Shown here: positions 51,703 through 61,053 of the stretch, one piece after another
Numbering within the stretch: the stretch's first letter is position 1
How the letters are laid out: each line of letters opens with the position of its first letter
Source: Bacteroidia bacterium
GTDB lineage: Bacteria; Bacteroidota; Bacteroidia; NS11-12g; UBA9320
Direction of reading: 5' to 3'
Length of the DNA stretch: 64,000 nt
NCBI GenBank assembly: GCA_018402155.1
Contig: JAGYJG010000001.1
Span: 418,831-482,830 of the forward strand
Made by a program: the position numbers and the translations under genes
Notes under the pieces: generated by a model
The model's input: the letters and a program-made list of their open reading frames with translations, nothing else
Databases searched by the model: none
Told to the model about the DNA's origin: nothing

Positions 51703-53820
51703 TTATTCACTTTCCACAAACAAAAAATCAATGTTTCGTTTTGCTAAATCAGTGTTCTTTACCAGAATTCTTACTTGCTGGCCCATAGCATATGTTTTTC
51801 GAGTTCGATCTCCTATAACCTTCTTTTTTTCAGGCAAAAAGGTGTAGTGATCGTCTTTCATATCGCGAAGTCTTACCATTCCTTCACATTTATTTTCTAC
51901 TATTTCTACAAAAATTCCCCAATCGGTGACACCACTAATAATACCATCAAATTCTTCTCCTTTGAAACTAGACATATACTCTACTTGCTTATACTTAATA
52001 CTTGCTCGTTCTGCATTAGTAGCTTTTTGCTCTTGTTTACTGCTATGGCTTGCCATTTTTTCTACAGTTGTGTAATCAAAAGATTTGTGCTTGCTGAGAA
52101 AGTCTTGCAACATTCGGTGGGTGATCAGGTCTGGGTACCTGCGAATTGGTGAGGTAAAATGGGCATAAAAATCAAAGGCAAGTCCAAAATGTCCTATCTT
52201 CTTACTCGTGTAGTACGCTTTTTCCATGCTGCGTATGGCCAATGGCTGTAAAATATCACCCTCCATCGTGCCCTCTATTTTAGCCACCATGTCATTGATT
52301 GATTGACTGTAGGCCTTGTTTGAGCTCATATCAATCTTAAATCCAAATTCTAAAGCGGTGGTTGCAAATTCAGTCATTTTTTCTTCGGTAGGTTCCTCAT
52401 GTACACGATAGGGTAGAGGCATTTTATCATTTTTTGTATACAAGTGCATAGCCACATATTTGTTGGCTAATAGCATGTATTCCTCTATCATTTTGTGTGC
52501 ATCTTTACGTACTTTGGGTATTACAGCTGTTGGCGCACCGTTCTTATCTAGCACGAATCGAAATTCAGTGGTTTCAAAATTAATAGCGCCGTTTTTGTAG
52601 CGTGCATTTCTCAGATTTAGAGCAATGTCATTCATCGTTTTCAGCTCCTTGGCGTAGTTACCTTTTTGAGTTTCGATTACCTTTTGGGCATCTTCGTATG
52701 CAAATCGGTGGTCAGAATAAATTATAGTTTTTGCAAAACGGTATTTTTTTACAACTCCTTGGTTATCAAGTTCAAAAATAACTGAAAAAGTAAGTGATTC
52801 CTCGTGAGGACGAAGTGAACAAAGTTCATTGCTTAGTCGCTCGGGCAGCATTGGTATTGTTCTGTCTACTAAGTATACTGAGGTGGCTCGGTCGACTGCT
52901 TCTTGGTCTATAATGCTGCCTGGCGTTACATAGTGCGAAACATCTGCAATGTGCACACCAACTTCAATATTGCCATTTGGCAACGTTTGAAAACTAAGGG
53001 CATCGTCAAAATCTTTGGCGTCTGCAGGATCTACAGTAAAAGTAGTTATACCTCTAAAATCCTCTCGTTTAGCTATTTCTTCTGGCGAAATTTGCTTTGC
53101 AAATCGCTCAGCTTCTTGTTCTAGGGCATCGCTAAACTTAGTGCTAAACCCAAATTCTGCAACAATCGCATGCATTTCTGCCGTATTTTCACCCGATCTT
53201 CCCAAAATATCAACTACTGTTGCATAAGGGTTTTTAGCTTTTGCAGGCCAGTCTTTGAATTTAAAAATGACTTTGTCTCCATCTGTAGCACCGTTTAAAC
53301 GCTCTTTTGGGATGAAAAAGTCAGTGTGCATCTTGCTACTATCGGGCAGTATGAAAAATGAGTTTCCTCCGGCAGATATCGTACCTACATAAGTCTCTCT
53401 TGCTCGCGACACTACTCGGTTTACAAAAGCACGCGGTTTTGATTTGCCTTGTGTGTATTTTAATACAACAGCTACTTCGTCCCCATCAAAAGCATCTAGC
53501 GTATCACCAGATTTCACTTTGATATCTTCATCTATATTTTCTACAACTAAATAAGCATCTCCTCTAGCATTGAAATCTAGTTTACCTATTACTTCGTCTT
53601 TGGATTCACGTTTTATTATGTATTTGCCTGTTTCGGGTTCAGTTAATTTACCGTCACGCTTTAGTAATACCAATATATGACTGAGTTCTTTGTGCGAAAT
53701 ATGTGGTAGTTGAGCACCTATTTGCTTATAATTTTGTGGTTTATTCGCACTTTGTGCTAGCACGTCTAGCACTTGGTCGTATGTTTTCGACTTTCGGGTG
53801 CGTTTGTTTGTTTTTTTCAA
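51703..53820 (-). CDS. rnr: Ribonuclease R
   Basis: 705 aa. An N-terminal HTH/CSD region precedes an RNB catalytic region, and the C-terminus is an S1 domain. A non-ATG start is required, since the first Met is at about residue 164. Confidence 0.9.
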   Translation of the reverse strand: MKKTNKRTRKSKTYDQVLDVLAQSANKPQNYKQIGAQLPHISHKELSHILVLLKRDGKLTEPETGKYIIKRESKDEVIGKLDFNARGDAYLVVENIDEDIKVKSGDTLDAFDGDEVAVVLKYTQGKSKPRAFVNRVVSRARETYVGTISAGGNSFFILPDSSKMHTDFFIPKERLNGATDGDKVIFKFKDWPAKAKNPYATVVDILGRSGENTAEMHAIVAEFGFSTKFSDALEQEAERFAKQISPEEIAKREDFRGITTFTVDPADAKDFDDALSFQTLPNGNIEVGVHIADVSHYVTPGSIIDQEAVDRATSVYLVDRTIPMLPERLSNELCSLRPHEESLTFSVIFELDNQGVVKKYRFAKTIIYSDHRFAYEDAQKVIETQKGNYAKELKTMNDIALNLRNARYKNGAINFETTEFRFVLDKNGAPTAVIPKVRKDAHKMIEEYMLLANKYVAMHLYTKNDKMPLPYRVHEEPTEEKMTEFATTALEFGFKIDMSSNKAYSQSINDMVAKIEGTMEGDILQPLAIRSMEKAYYTSKKIGHFGLAFDFYAHFTSPIRRYPDLITHRMLQDFLSKHKSFDYTTVEKMASHSSKQEQKATNAERASIKYKQVEYMSSFKGEEFDGIISGVTDWGIFVEIVENKCEGMVRLRDMKDDHYTFLPEKKKVIGDRTRKTYAMGQQVRILVKNTDLAKRNIDFLFVESE

Positions 53821-53831
53821 AATAGTTTGTT

Positions 53832-55484
53832 TTAATTTATGCTGTATTCCAGCAGTGTTTTGGTGTAATCCTCTTTAGGTCTACGAATTAATTGTTCTGT
53901 GTCTCCCATTTCTATTATTCTTCCTTGCCTCAAAACTATTATTTTGTTGCAGAAATAGCTTACCACGTTCATGTCATGGCTAATAAGCAGATAAGTAAGA
54001 CCTTTTTTTCTTTTGAGCTCGTTTAGCAGATTTAGTACTTTGGCCTGTACACTTACATCTAGCGCACTCACAGCCTCGTCTAAAACTATTATTTTCGGAT
54101 TTTTTGCGAGTGCTTTGGCTATGCAAATTCGTTGTCTTTGACCGCCAGAAAACTCGTGAGGATATTTGTCAAAATCAGAAGCTTGTAACCCAACTTCTTC
54201 CAACAAAGATACTACTTTATTTTTAAGTGAACCAATGGTCGATAAGTCAACCTGCTTTTTATCTAACGTTTCTAGTACCTCTAATAAGGCATTTCCTATC
54301 CTATGCTTAGGGTTGAGTGATGAAAAAGGATCTTGAAACACCAACTGTATTTTCGATGAAAAATGAGAGACGTCGTTTATGTTTTCTCCGTAGAGCTCAA
54401 TAGTGCCGCGTGTAGTTTTCCAAATTTTTAAAATAAGTTTGGCTATAGTGCTTTTTCCACTGCCACTTTCTCCTATTAACCCAATAATATCCCCGTTGTT
54501 TAGCTCAAAATTGATGTTATGTAGCACCTTTGTTTCTTCTTTTCTAAATAATAATGTTTTGAAGTGTGATTTTTCTACACTATCGATTCTTAAAAGAGAA
54601 TCTTCCGATTTTTTGTCTGGAGTTAATGTTCTTTTGGGCAGTCGGTTAAAATGAAGTTGCCCATCTTTTATTTGTAGCAAATCGTCTATTTCTGCAAGAA
54701 TACTCCCGCGCTTTTTGTAGGTGGCTCTACTTTCTATCAGTGCTTTGGTATAGGGGTGTATGGGTGTATTTAAGATAGTTGCTGCATTTCCCTGCTCTAC
54801 AAGGCTGCCTTGGTACATCACAGCTATTTGGTCTGCAAACCCATGCAGAGACAGTAAATCGTGGGTGATAAAGAGAATACCCATTTTTTCAGTTTTGCTC
54901 AGTTTTCTCAGAAGAGTTAAAATTTCAGATTGCACAGCAATATCTAAGGCTGTGGTGGGCTCGTCAGCTATTAGTAGTTTTGGCTTTTTGGCTAGTGCCA
55001 TAGCTATCATTATACGCTGTCTTTGTCCTCCGCTCAGCTCATGTGGATAACTGCCAGCCACTCGCTCTATATCCGTGAGCTCCACTTTTTGCAACAGCTC
55101 GTTTAGATAATCTTTACTTGGTACTTCTGCGCATTCAAGTATCTGCCTTCCGCAAGTTATCAGAGGATTTAGTGCCGTCATAGGCTCCTGAAAAATATAG
55201 GCTACCAATCTTTTGCGCACCGCTCTGAGTGAGTTCTTGTCTATTTTTAACAGATCAAGTGGATCATCTTTGTCATAAAAAAAAACTTCGCCACCTAATA
55301 TAGCCTCATCTATTAGGCGAGTGATGCATTGGCTTGCTACCGACTTTCCACTGCCACTTTCGCCAATGAGACCTAAGATTTCACCTTGGTTTATACAGAA
55401 ACTAATTCCTTTTACTGCAGTAAAATATGCTGACTTATCTAGCTTAAATTTTACGCTAAAGTTATGTACATCAAGGATTTTCAA
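53832..55484 (-). CDS. ABC transporter ATP-binding protein with two fused ATPase domains (YejF/DppDF-like)
   Basis: Two Walker A motifs, GESGSGKS twice. The two signature/Walker B motifs are LSGGQRQRIMIA...LLIADEPTTALD and FSGGQRQRICIA...IIVLDEAVSALD. 550 aa with a TTG start. Confidence 0.85.
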   Translation of the reverse strand: MKILDVHNFSVKFKLDKSAYFTAVKGISFCINQGEILGLIGESGSGKSVASQCITRLIDEAILGGEVFFYDKDDPLDLLKIDKNSLRAVRKRLVAYIFQEPMTALNPLITCGRQILECAEVPSKDYLNELLQKVELTDIERVAGSYPHELSGGQRQRIMIAMALAKKPKLLIADEPTTALDIAVQSEILTLLRKLSKTEKMGILFITHDLLSLHGFADQIAVMYQGSLVEQGNAATILNTPIHPYTKALIESRATYKKRGSILAEIDDLLQIKDGQLHFNRLPKRTLTPDKKSEDSLLRIDSVEKSHFKTLLFRKEETKVLHNINFELNNGDIIGLIGESGSGKSTIAKLILKIWKTTRGTIELYGENINDVSHFSSKIQLVFQDPFSSLNPKHRIGNALLEVLETLDKKQVDLSTIGSLKNKVVSLLEEVGLQASDFDKYPHEFSGGQRQRICIAKALAKNPKIIVLDEAVSALDVSVQAKVLNLLNELKRKKGLTYLLISHDMNVVSYFCNKIIVLRQGRIIEMGDTEQLIRRPKEDYTKTLLEYSIN

Positions 55485-55487
55485 TGA

Positions 55488-55964
55488 TTATCTGAGTCTA
55501 TCCATAGAGCGTATGAGCTGCTCGTCTTTTCTTACTCCTCTAAGAGCTAAAAAGTTGAAAAACAAGATTGCCAAAGGAAGAAGTGCACTAAATGTATAGT
55601 TTGCTTGTGAGTCTTGTCCCTCAAAATAATTCATGTGAAGGCTATACATATACATCATTACTATGAGGCCAAGTATAATAAGGAAGTTGAATGAGGAGAG
55701 AAGTACTTGCATTTTTCTATTTTTGAATACCAATAATGCAGCTAAACTTAGTAAAGAAATTGCTCCGATAAAATATATTAGCCACGTATTACTCTCTTTG
55801 ATAGTACCGTCTTTAGCTATTATTTCTGTTTCGTCGTATTCAACATTATATTTTTCTTGAGTGGAGGTATTTTCTGCTATAAAAAAAACCGTATCAGAAA
55901 ATAGTAACATCAAGCTGATAGCTACTATAGCTAAAAAATATAGTGTTTGTGGTCTTTGTATCAT
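55488..55964 (-). CDS. Small membrane protein, DUF4293-like
   Basis: MIQRPQTLYFLAIVAISL... with 4 TM segments. Start re-called at ATG 55964; the ORF track gives TTG 55973. Confidence 0.5.
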   Translation of the reverse strand: MIQRPQTLYFLAIVAISLMLLFSDTVFFIAENTSTQEKYNVEYDETEIIAKDGTIKESNTWLIYFIGAISLLSLAALLVFKNRKMQVLLSSFNFLIILGLIVMMYMYSLHMNYFEGQDSQANYTFSALLPLAILFFNFLALRGVRKDEQLIRSMDRLR

Positions 55965-56038
55965 TGTTGGCAAAGTTAAACATTAAGTGTCTTTTTGTGT
56001 TTTACCTTTGACCAAATATTTAGCTATTTGCCCACAAT

Positions 56039-57517
56039 TTGAAACACCCACAAAAAAATACAACAGCTACCGTGATTGGTGCAGGTGTAGCAGGCCTAGC
56101 TACAGCTATTCGTTTAGCTAGTAAAGGCGTGGAGGTCACTGTTTTTGAGCAACAATCAACCTATGGCGGGAAAATGGGTGTTTGGCAAAATAAAGGTTAT
56201 CGATTTGATACTGGGCCATCTCTTTTTACTATGCCTCACTATGTGAAAGAATTGTTGGCTATCGACGGAAAAAATGATGTTAATTTTGAATTCAAAGAGC
56301 TTGACATAGTATGCAATTATTTTTGGGATGACGGCACTACCTTGCAAGCAACCAAGGATCTAGAAAAACTCCAAAATGCTTTTGAAAATAACTTAAACGA
56401 ACCTAAAACTAATATTGCCGCGTTTTTAGCAGATAGCAAGAAGAAGTACGATATCACAAGTCATGTTTTTTTAGAGAAATCACTCCACAAACTCAGAACT
56501 TATCTCGATTGGAGTACTTTTCGAAGCATTTTTAAGTTGCCGCAAGTGGAAATTTTCAAACAAATGAACTACCAAAATGAACGAAGGTTCAAAAATCCTA
56601 AGACCGTTCAGTTTTTCAACCGATATGCCACATACAACGGTTCTAATCCCTATTTGGCACCCGCTACTTTAAATGTAATCCCTCACTATGAATATGGTTT
56701 TGGAGCATTCTTCCCAACAAAGGGTATTCGCTCAATAGCTACTTCGCTGTACCACAAAGCAGTAAATTTAGGGGTTTCATTTCACTTTGATTCACCTGTG
56801 AGTCAAATACATAAATATGGAAATCGCTACGTGGTGAATGGTACGCAAGAAAGTGATATTTTAGTGTGTAATATGGATGTAGCCTCCGCTGCTCGTGGCC
56901 CTCTGAGAAATATTATACCTAGTAAACGAAAAAAATACGAGCCATCCAGCTCAGCACTCATTTTTTATTGGGGGATTAATCGTACGTTCCCAAATCTAGA
57001 TGTACATAATATCTTCTTCTCAAACAATTACAAAAAGGAGTTTACTTCAATTTTTACAGAAAAGAAAATAGATGATGACCCTACAGTCTACATACATATT
57101 AGCAGTAAATGCAATGCTGCCGACGCTCCCCAAGGTAGTGAAAATTGGTTTGTAATGGTGAATGCTCCGTATACAGAAAATCAAGATTGGGAAGTGATTA
57201 TTGCAAAGACTAAAGTACGTATTTTAGAAAAGCTAAATAAGGTATTAGGTATAGATATTACCAAACACATAGTGCTAGAACACAAGCTAACCCCCGAACT
57301 AATTCAGAGTAAAACTGGCAGTTACAAAGGAGCGCTCTACGGATCTAGTTCAAATAGTAGGATGGCAGCATTTCTTCGTCAGCCTAATTTTAGTAGCAAG
57401 CACAAAGGGCTGTATTTCTGCGGAGGTAGTGTGCACCCCGGTGGTGGTATTCCGCTATGTTTGCTTTCCGGAAAAATAACATCAGATTGTATACAACGTG
57501 ATTTCAAACTTTATTAA
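56039..57517 (+). CDS. Phytoene-desaturase-family FAD oxidoreductase (CrtI/CrtD-like carotenoid desaturase)
   Basis: FAD-binding N-terminus TATVIGAGVAGLATAIRLASKGVEVTVFEQ and a C-terminal CrtI-family signature region. It has an apparent TTG start. Confidence 0.85.
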   Translation: MKHPQKNTTATVIGAGVAGLATAIRLASKGVEVTVFEQQSTYGGKMGVWQNKGYRFDTGPSLFTMPHYVKELLAIDGKNDVNFEFKELDIVCNYFWDDGTTLQATKDLEKLQNAFENNLNEPKTNIAAFLADSKKKYDITSHVFLEKSLHKLRTYLDWSTFRSIFKLPQVEIFKQMNYQNERRFKNPKTVQFFNRYATYNGSNPYLAPATLNVIPHYEYGFGAFFPTKGIRSIATSLYHKAVNLGVSFHFDSPVSQIHKYGNRYVVNGTQESDILVCNMDVASAARGPLRNIIPSKRKKYEPSSSALIFYWGINRTFPNLDVHNIFFSNNYKKEFTSIFTEKKIDDDPTVYIHISSKCNAADAPQGSENWFVMVNAPYTENQDWEVIIAKTKVRILEKLNKVLGIDITKHIVLEHKLTPELIQSKTGSYKGALYGSSSNSRMAAFLRQPNFSSKHKGLYFCGGSVHPGGGIPLCLLSGKITSDCIQRDFKLY

Positions 57518-58124
57518 AAAACACTTTTTTACGTTACTTTTTGTCCCTTATGCCGTGGGTACAATCGGAATACTGCTACCTCTGAGTAGGTCTTTTTTCT
57601 TGGGACTAACCCCCATTATGCTGCTTTTTAGTTTTGTCTTGGTGGTGGTAGAAGAAGGCAGATGGGTAAGATATAACATTCTGGGGTTGCTTTTCATTGT
57701 TGCTAGTGGTTTTTTTGTAGAGTATTTGGGTGTCAATTTCGGATACCTTTTTGGCGACTATCAATATGGCAGCACACTTGGTCCAAAATTTAAAGGCGTG
57801 CCAATTACTATTGCCTTGAATTGGGCCATGCTTTGCATTGCATCAAGAAGTATGGTTAACTTAATTTCTAACGATGTGTGGATCTCATCTTTTCTTGCAG
57901 CTGCGGTGGTCACAGCATACGATGTACTGCTAGAACCTGTCGCAATAAAATTTAACTGGTGGTCATGGGATGGAGGTAATATACCCCTTTTCAACTATAT
58001 CTGCTGGTTTGTTTTTTCATTTATTTTCCAGCTCATTTTCAGAAAAGTGTCAAAAACAACAGGAAGAAGCTTCTGGATGATTTTTGTGCATGCAATATTC
58101 TATTGGATTCTAGTATTGTTGTAG
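57498..58124 (+). CDS. Carotenoid-biosynthesis membrane protein (Caroten_synth/DUF422-like; CruF-like hydratase candidate)
   Basis: 208 aa polytopic membrane protein that overlaps the crtD-like gene by 20 nt. Family assignment is from memory. GTG start. Confidence 0.5.
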   Translation: MISNFIKKHFFTLLFVPYAVGTIGILLPLSRSFFLGLTPIMLLFSFVLVVVEEGRWVRYNILGLLFIVASGFFVEYLGVNFGYLFGDYQYGSTLGPKFKGVPITIALNWAMLCIASRSMVNLISNDVWISSFLAAAVVTAYDVLLEPVAIKFNWWSWDGGNIPLFNYICWFVFSFIFQLIFRKVSKTTGRSFWMIFVHAIFYWILVLL

Positions 58125-58125
58125 C

Positions 58126-58551
58126 ATGGTTTGGTTGACTTTATTATGTATAGGGACTTTATTTAGTAGCATAGAAAACATTCGAGCGGTGTACCAGTCG
58201 CAAGATGAAGAAAAGGTGCTTGCCACCTTGAAGCAGCTGGAAACAAAAGTTTTACTCTCTCCTGATGAAAAATGCTATAAGGCAGTATTTTTATGTATGA
58301 AAGCAGATTATTTGTTGTGGCCAAATGATAAACTAGCGGCGTTTAGAAAAGGATATGCTGAATTGAATGAATTAATAGATGCTTATCCTACGAATGCAGA
58401 GTATAAATATCATCGCTATATGATTGAAAAACACACACCCTCTTGGCTTGTAGAGGTAAGCCATATGAATAGTGACAAAGCATTTGTAAAAGCCACTATG
58501 AATTCAAACCATCCGATGTATAGCTTTATGCTAAATACACTAGAAAAATAA
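58126..58551 (+). CDS. Hypothetical protein (141 aa, N-terminal hydrophobic segment)
   Basis: ORF immediately following the carotenoid pair (ATG 2 nt after the TAG stop). No recognisable motif. Confidence 0.45.
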   Translation: MVWLTLLCIGTLFSSIENIRAVYQSQDEEKVLATLKQLETKVLLSPDEKCYKAVFLCMKADYLLWPNDKLAAFRKGYAELNELIDAYPTNAEYKYHRYMIEKHTPSWLVEVSHMNSDKAFVKATMNSNHPMYSFMLNTLEK

Positions 58552-58672
58552 GTGTGAAATTGATCTTCTGCGTATTTGAATCACGCACTTTTTCTTTATT
58601 GATCTAATTCCTTTCTAGGTATTTATCTTCATTCTTTCACAGTGAGATTGAAGTGACTATTTTTGCTCACAA

Positions 58673-59872
58673 ATGAAACGAGCATTTGTAGTAGACGCTA
58701 CCCGAACAGCGGTAGGAAAATTTGGAGGTACTCTCGCCTCTGTGCGCCCTGATGATTTGGGTGCGGCGGTAATAAAAGCATTAGTAGCTAGAAATTCATC
58801 AATAGATACCAACGATATTGAAGACGTCATTTTTGGGGCTGCAAATCAGGCTGGCGAAGACAACAGAAATGTTGCACGTATGAGTTTACTTTTGGCTGGC
58901 CTTCCGGTAACCGTGCCAGGTATTACCATCAATAGGCTTTGTGCTAGTAGTTTGCAAGCAATAGGTGACGCTGCCAAAAATATTGCAGTTGGCTATGGAG
59001 ATATGTTTGTAGCAGGTGGAGTAGAGAGTATGACCCGTGCCCCTTTGGTGATGCCCAAAGCAGATACAGCCTACTCCCGAAACGCTACAATTTATGATAC
59101 CTCTATCGGTTGGCGTTTTGTAAACCCAGCACTTTCTAAAATGTACTATCCGTTTCCGATGGGCGAAACTGCCGAAAATTTGGCAGATAAATACAAAATA
59201 ACACGCGAAGAACAAGATCAATTTGCTCATTATTCGCAACAGAAGTACCAAAATGCTCACGAAGCTGGAAAATTTGGTAATGAAATAATACCAATTCATA
59301 TACCGCAACGCAAGTCCGATGCTATTGTGTTTGATAAAGATGAGCACCCCAGACTTAGTAGTATTGAAAAGTTGGCAGGTCTAAATGCAGCCTTCAGAAG
59401 AGGTGGATCTGTGACTGCAGGAAATTCTAGTGGAGTGAATGATGGTGCGGCGGCGTTGCTTATAGTGAGTGAAGAAGCACTAAAACGATACAACTTAGAG
59501 CCAATAGCTGAAATAGTGAGTAGTGCAGCCGCAGGTGTACCGCCCGAAATTATGGGAATAGGACCAGTACCTGCTACTCAAAAAGCACTAAAGCGTGCAG
59601 GTATTGGGGTCAAAGATCTTGATTTGATTGAGTTAAACGAGGCCTTCGCTGCCCAAGCTATAGCGTGTATGCGAGACTTAGATTTTAATCCAGAAATAGT
59701 TAATGTTAATGGTGGTTCTATTGCTATAGGTCATCCACTGGGTGCATCTGGTGCTCGTATTGCGGCTACTTTGATGCACGAGTTGAAGAATAGGCCAAAT
59801 GCTAAATACGCCTTGGCAACCATGTGTATAGGTGTAGGACAGGGGGTAGCCGTCGTATTCAAAAAATGCTGA
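58673..59872 (+). CDS. Acetyl-CoA C-acyltransferase (3-ketoacyl-CoA thiolase)
   Basis: Thiolase active-site regions NRLCASSLQA and GNSSGVNDGAAALL, and a C-terminal CIGVGQG. Confidence 0.9.
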   Translation: MKRAFVVDATRTAVGKFGGTLASVRPDDLGAAVIKALVARNSSIDTNDIEDVIFGAANQAGEDNRNVARMSLLLAGLPVTVPGITINRLCASSLQAIGDAAKNIAVGYGDMFVAGGVESMTRAPLVMPKADTAYSRNATIYDTSIGWRFVNPALSKMYYPFPMGETAENLADKYKITREEQDQFAHYSQQKYQNAHEAGKFGNEIIPIHIPQRKSDAIVFDKDEHPRLSSIEKLAGLNAAFRRGGSVTAGNSSGVNDGAAALLIVSEEALKRYNLEPIAEIVSSAAAGVPPEIMGIGPVPATQKALKRAGIGVKDLDLIELNEAFAAQAIACMRDLDFNPEIVNVNGGSIAIGHPLGASGARIAATLMHELKNRPNAKYALATMCIGVGQGVAVVFKKC

Positions 59873-60128
59873 AATAAAGAAGTGTGAGTTCTATATTAAA
59901 TAGACTATATAATTAAAACTTTTCACCATTTTGTAACGGTATGCTTAGTCAGATTAAAACTATATTGGTATAAAATTAACTGCTTTTATTTTATGTCTAC
60001 CATTCAATATTTGAAGTGTTTTAAACCTAAAGTGTTTGGTTTAATCTATGCTATAAATATTTCTTTATTAGGTATACTAATTTAATCTGTTAGCATGTAA
60101 GCTTTCTTTTCAATAAAAATGTTTGGAT

Positions 60129-60161
60129 AAAAAAAAGGCGACCAATTGGTCGCCTTTTTTT
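60129..60161. terminator. Bidirectional terminator between the thiolase gene and gldN
   Basis: A8-aggcgacc-aatt-ggtcgcct-T7. Confidence 0.75.
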
Positions 60162-60171
60162 AAGTATTGTA

Positions 60172-61005
60172 TTAGTATTCCCAGAGATCGTGCTCCAAAA
60201 TAAATAGATCATTCTTGATTCTATCACTTTCGAGTAGAGCCTCTACACCATCATCTCTGAATTCTTCAAACATGGCTATGTCAAGGTCGTACATATTGTT
60301 CTCTTTCACAATGTAGCTGCTAAATTGCCTCATTTGAAACCATTGATCAAAACTTATCCGAGCTGCATCATTTTTTGCATTAAATACCTCTTGATTAGAA
60401 AGTTTGTCTCTCAAATCTTCCATTTTAAGCCAGTAAAGTGGTATTTCTCCAAGTTCAATTCCTGACTCGGTTAGTGGTTTAACTAGTGGTGCTATAGCAA
60501 TGATTCGTGCTCTGAAGTCAGAATAATTATAGTCGAATATCCAATCTTCCATTAGTCTATACTTCTGAATTTTGGATGGCTCTAACGTTTCCCTTACCGT
60601 TATTGGCACAAGGTCATACGGGTCATTTGGATTGTCTGGGTTAGGCACCATTACTGTAGATTCGATACTGATTTCTTTTAGTATGTCTTCAGGAGTTTTG
60701 ATGGATGTTAGCGAGTCATCTCTGTAAGCTGCAACCTCACCATCCATTGCTGCATTCCAAATCATCAGATAAAATGGGTTACGAGGCCAGTGCATTACTT
60801 TGTTTTGCTTTTCTCGTACGTCAATGATTCGGTGTACCCTCTTACTCCATTTTACATTTGCTTCGCGGATATATCGATAAGGAACAGCTTTACGTTCCTT
60901 TACAGCTGTGTGCGGGTAAGTGAAGTCTTCGAACGCACTTATTTGGGCATTTGATGCACCTACAATAAGTATGCAGGACATTATTATTAAAAGTGTTCTC
61001 TTCAT
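60172..61005 (-). CDS. gldN: Gliding motility / T9SS protein GldN
   Basis: Signal peptide MKRTLLIIMSCILIVGASNAQ. It sits last in the gldK-L-M-N order. Confidence 0.85.
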   Translation of the reverse strand: MKRTLLIIMSCILIVGASNAQISAFEDFTYPHTAVKERKAVPYRYIREANVKWSKRVHRIIDVREKQNKVMHWPRNPFYLMIWNAAMDGEVAAYRDDSLTSIKTPEDILKEISIESTVMVPNPDNPNDPYDLVPITVRETLEPSKIQKYRLMEDWIFDYNYSDFRARIIAIAPLVKPLTESGIELGEIPLYWLKMEDLRDKLSNQEVFNAKNDAARISFDQWFQMRQFSSYIVKENNMYDLDIAMFEEFRDDGVEALLESDRIKNDLFILEHDLWEY

Positions 61006-61053
61006 ATCTATTTTATCTACTTCGCAAAAATAACGTTATTTTTATTCTATCTA

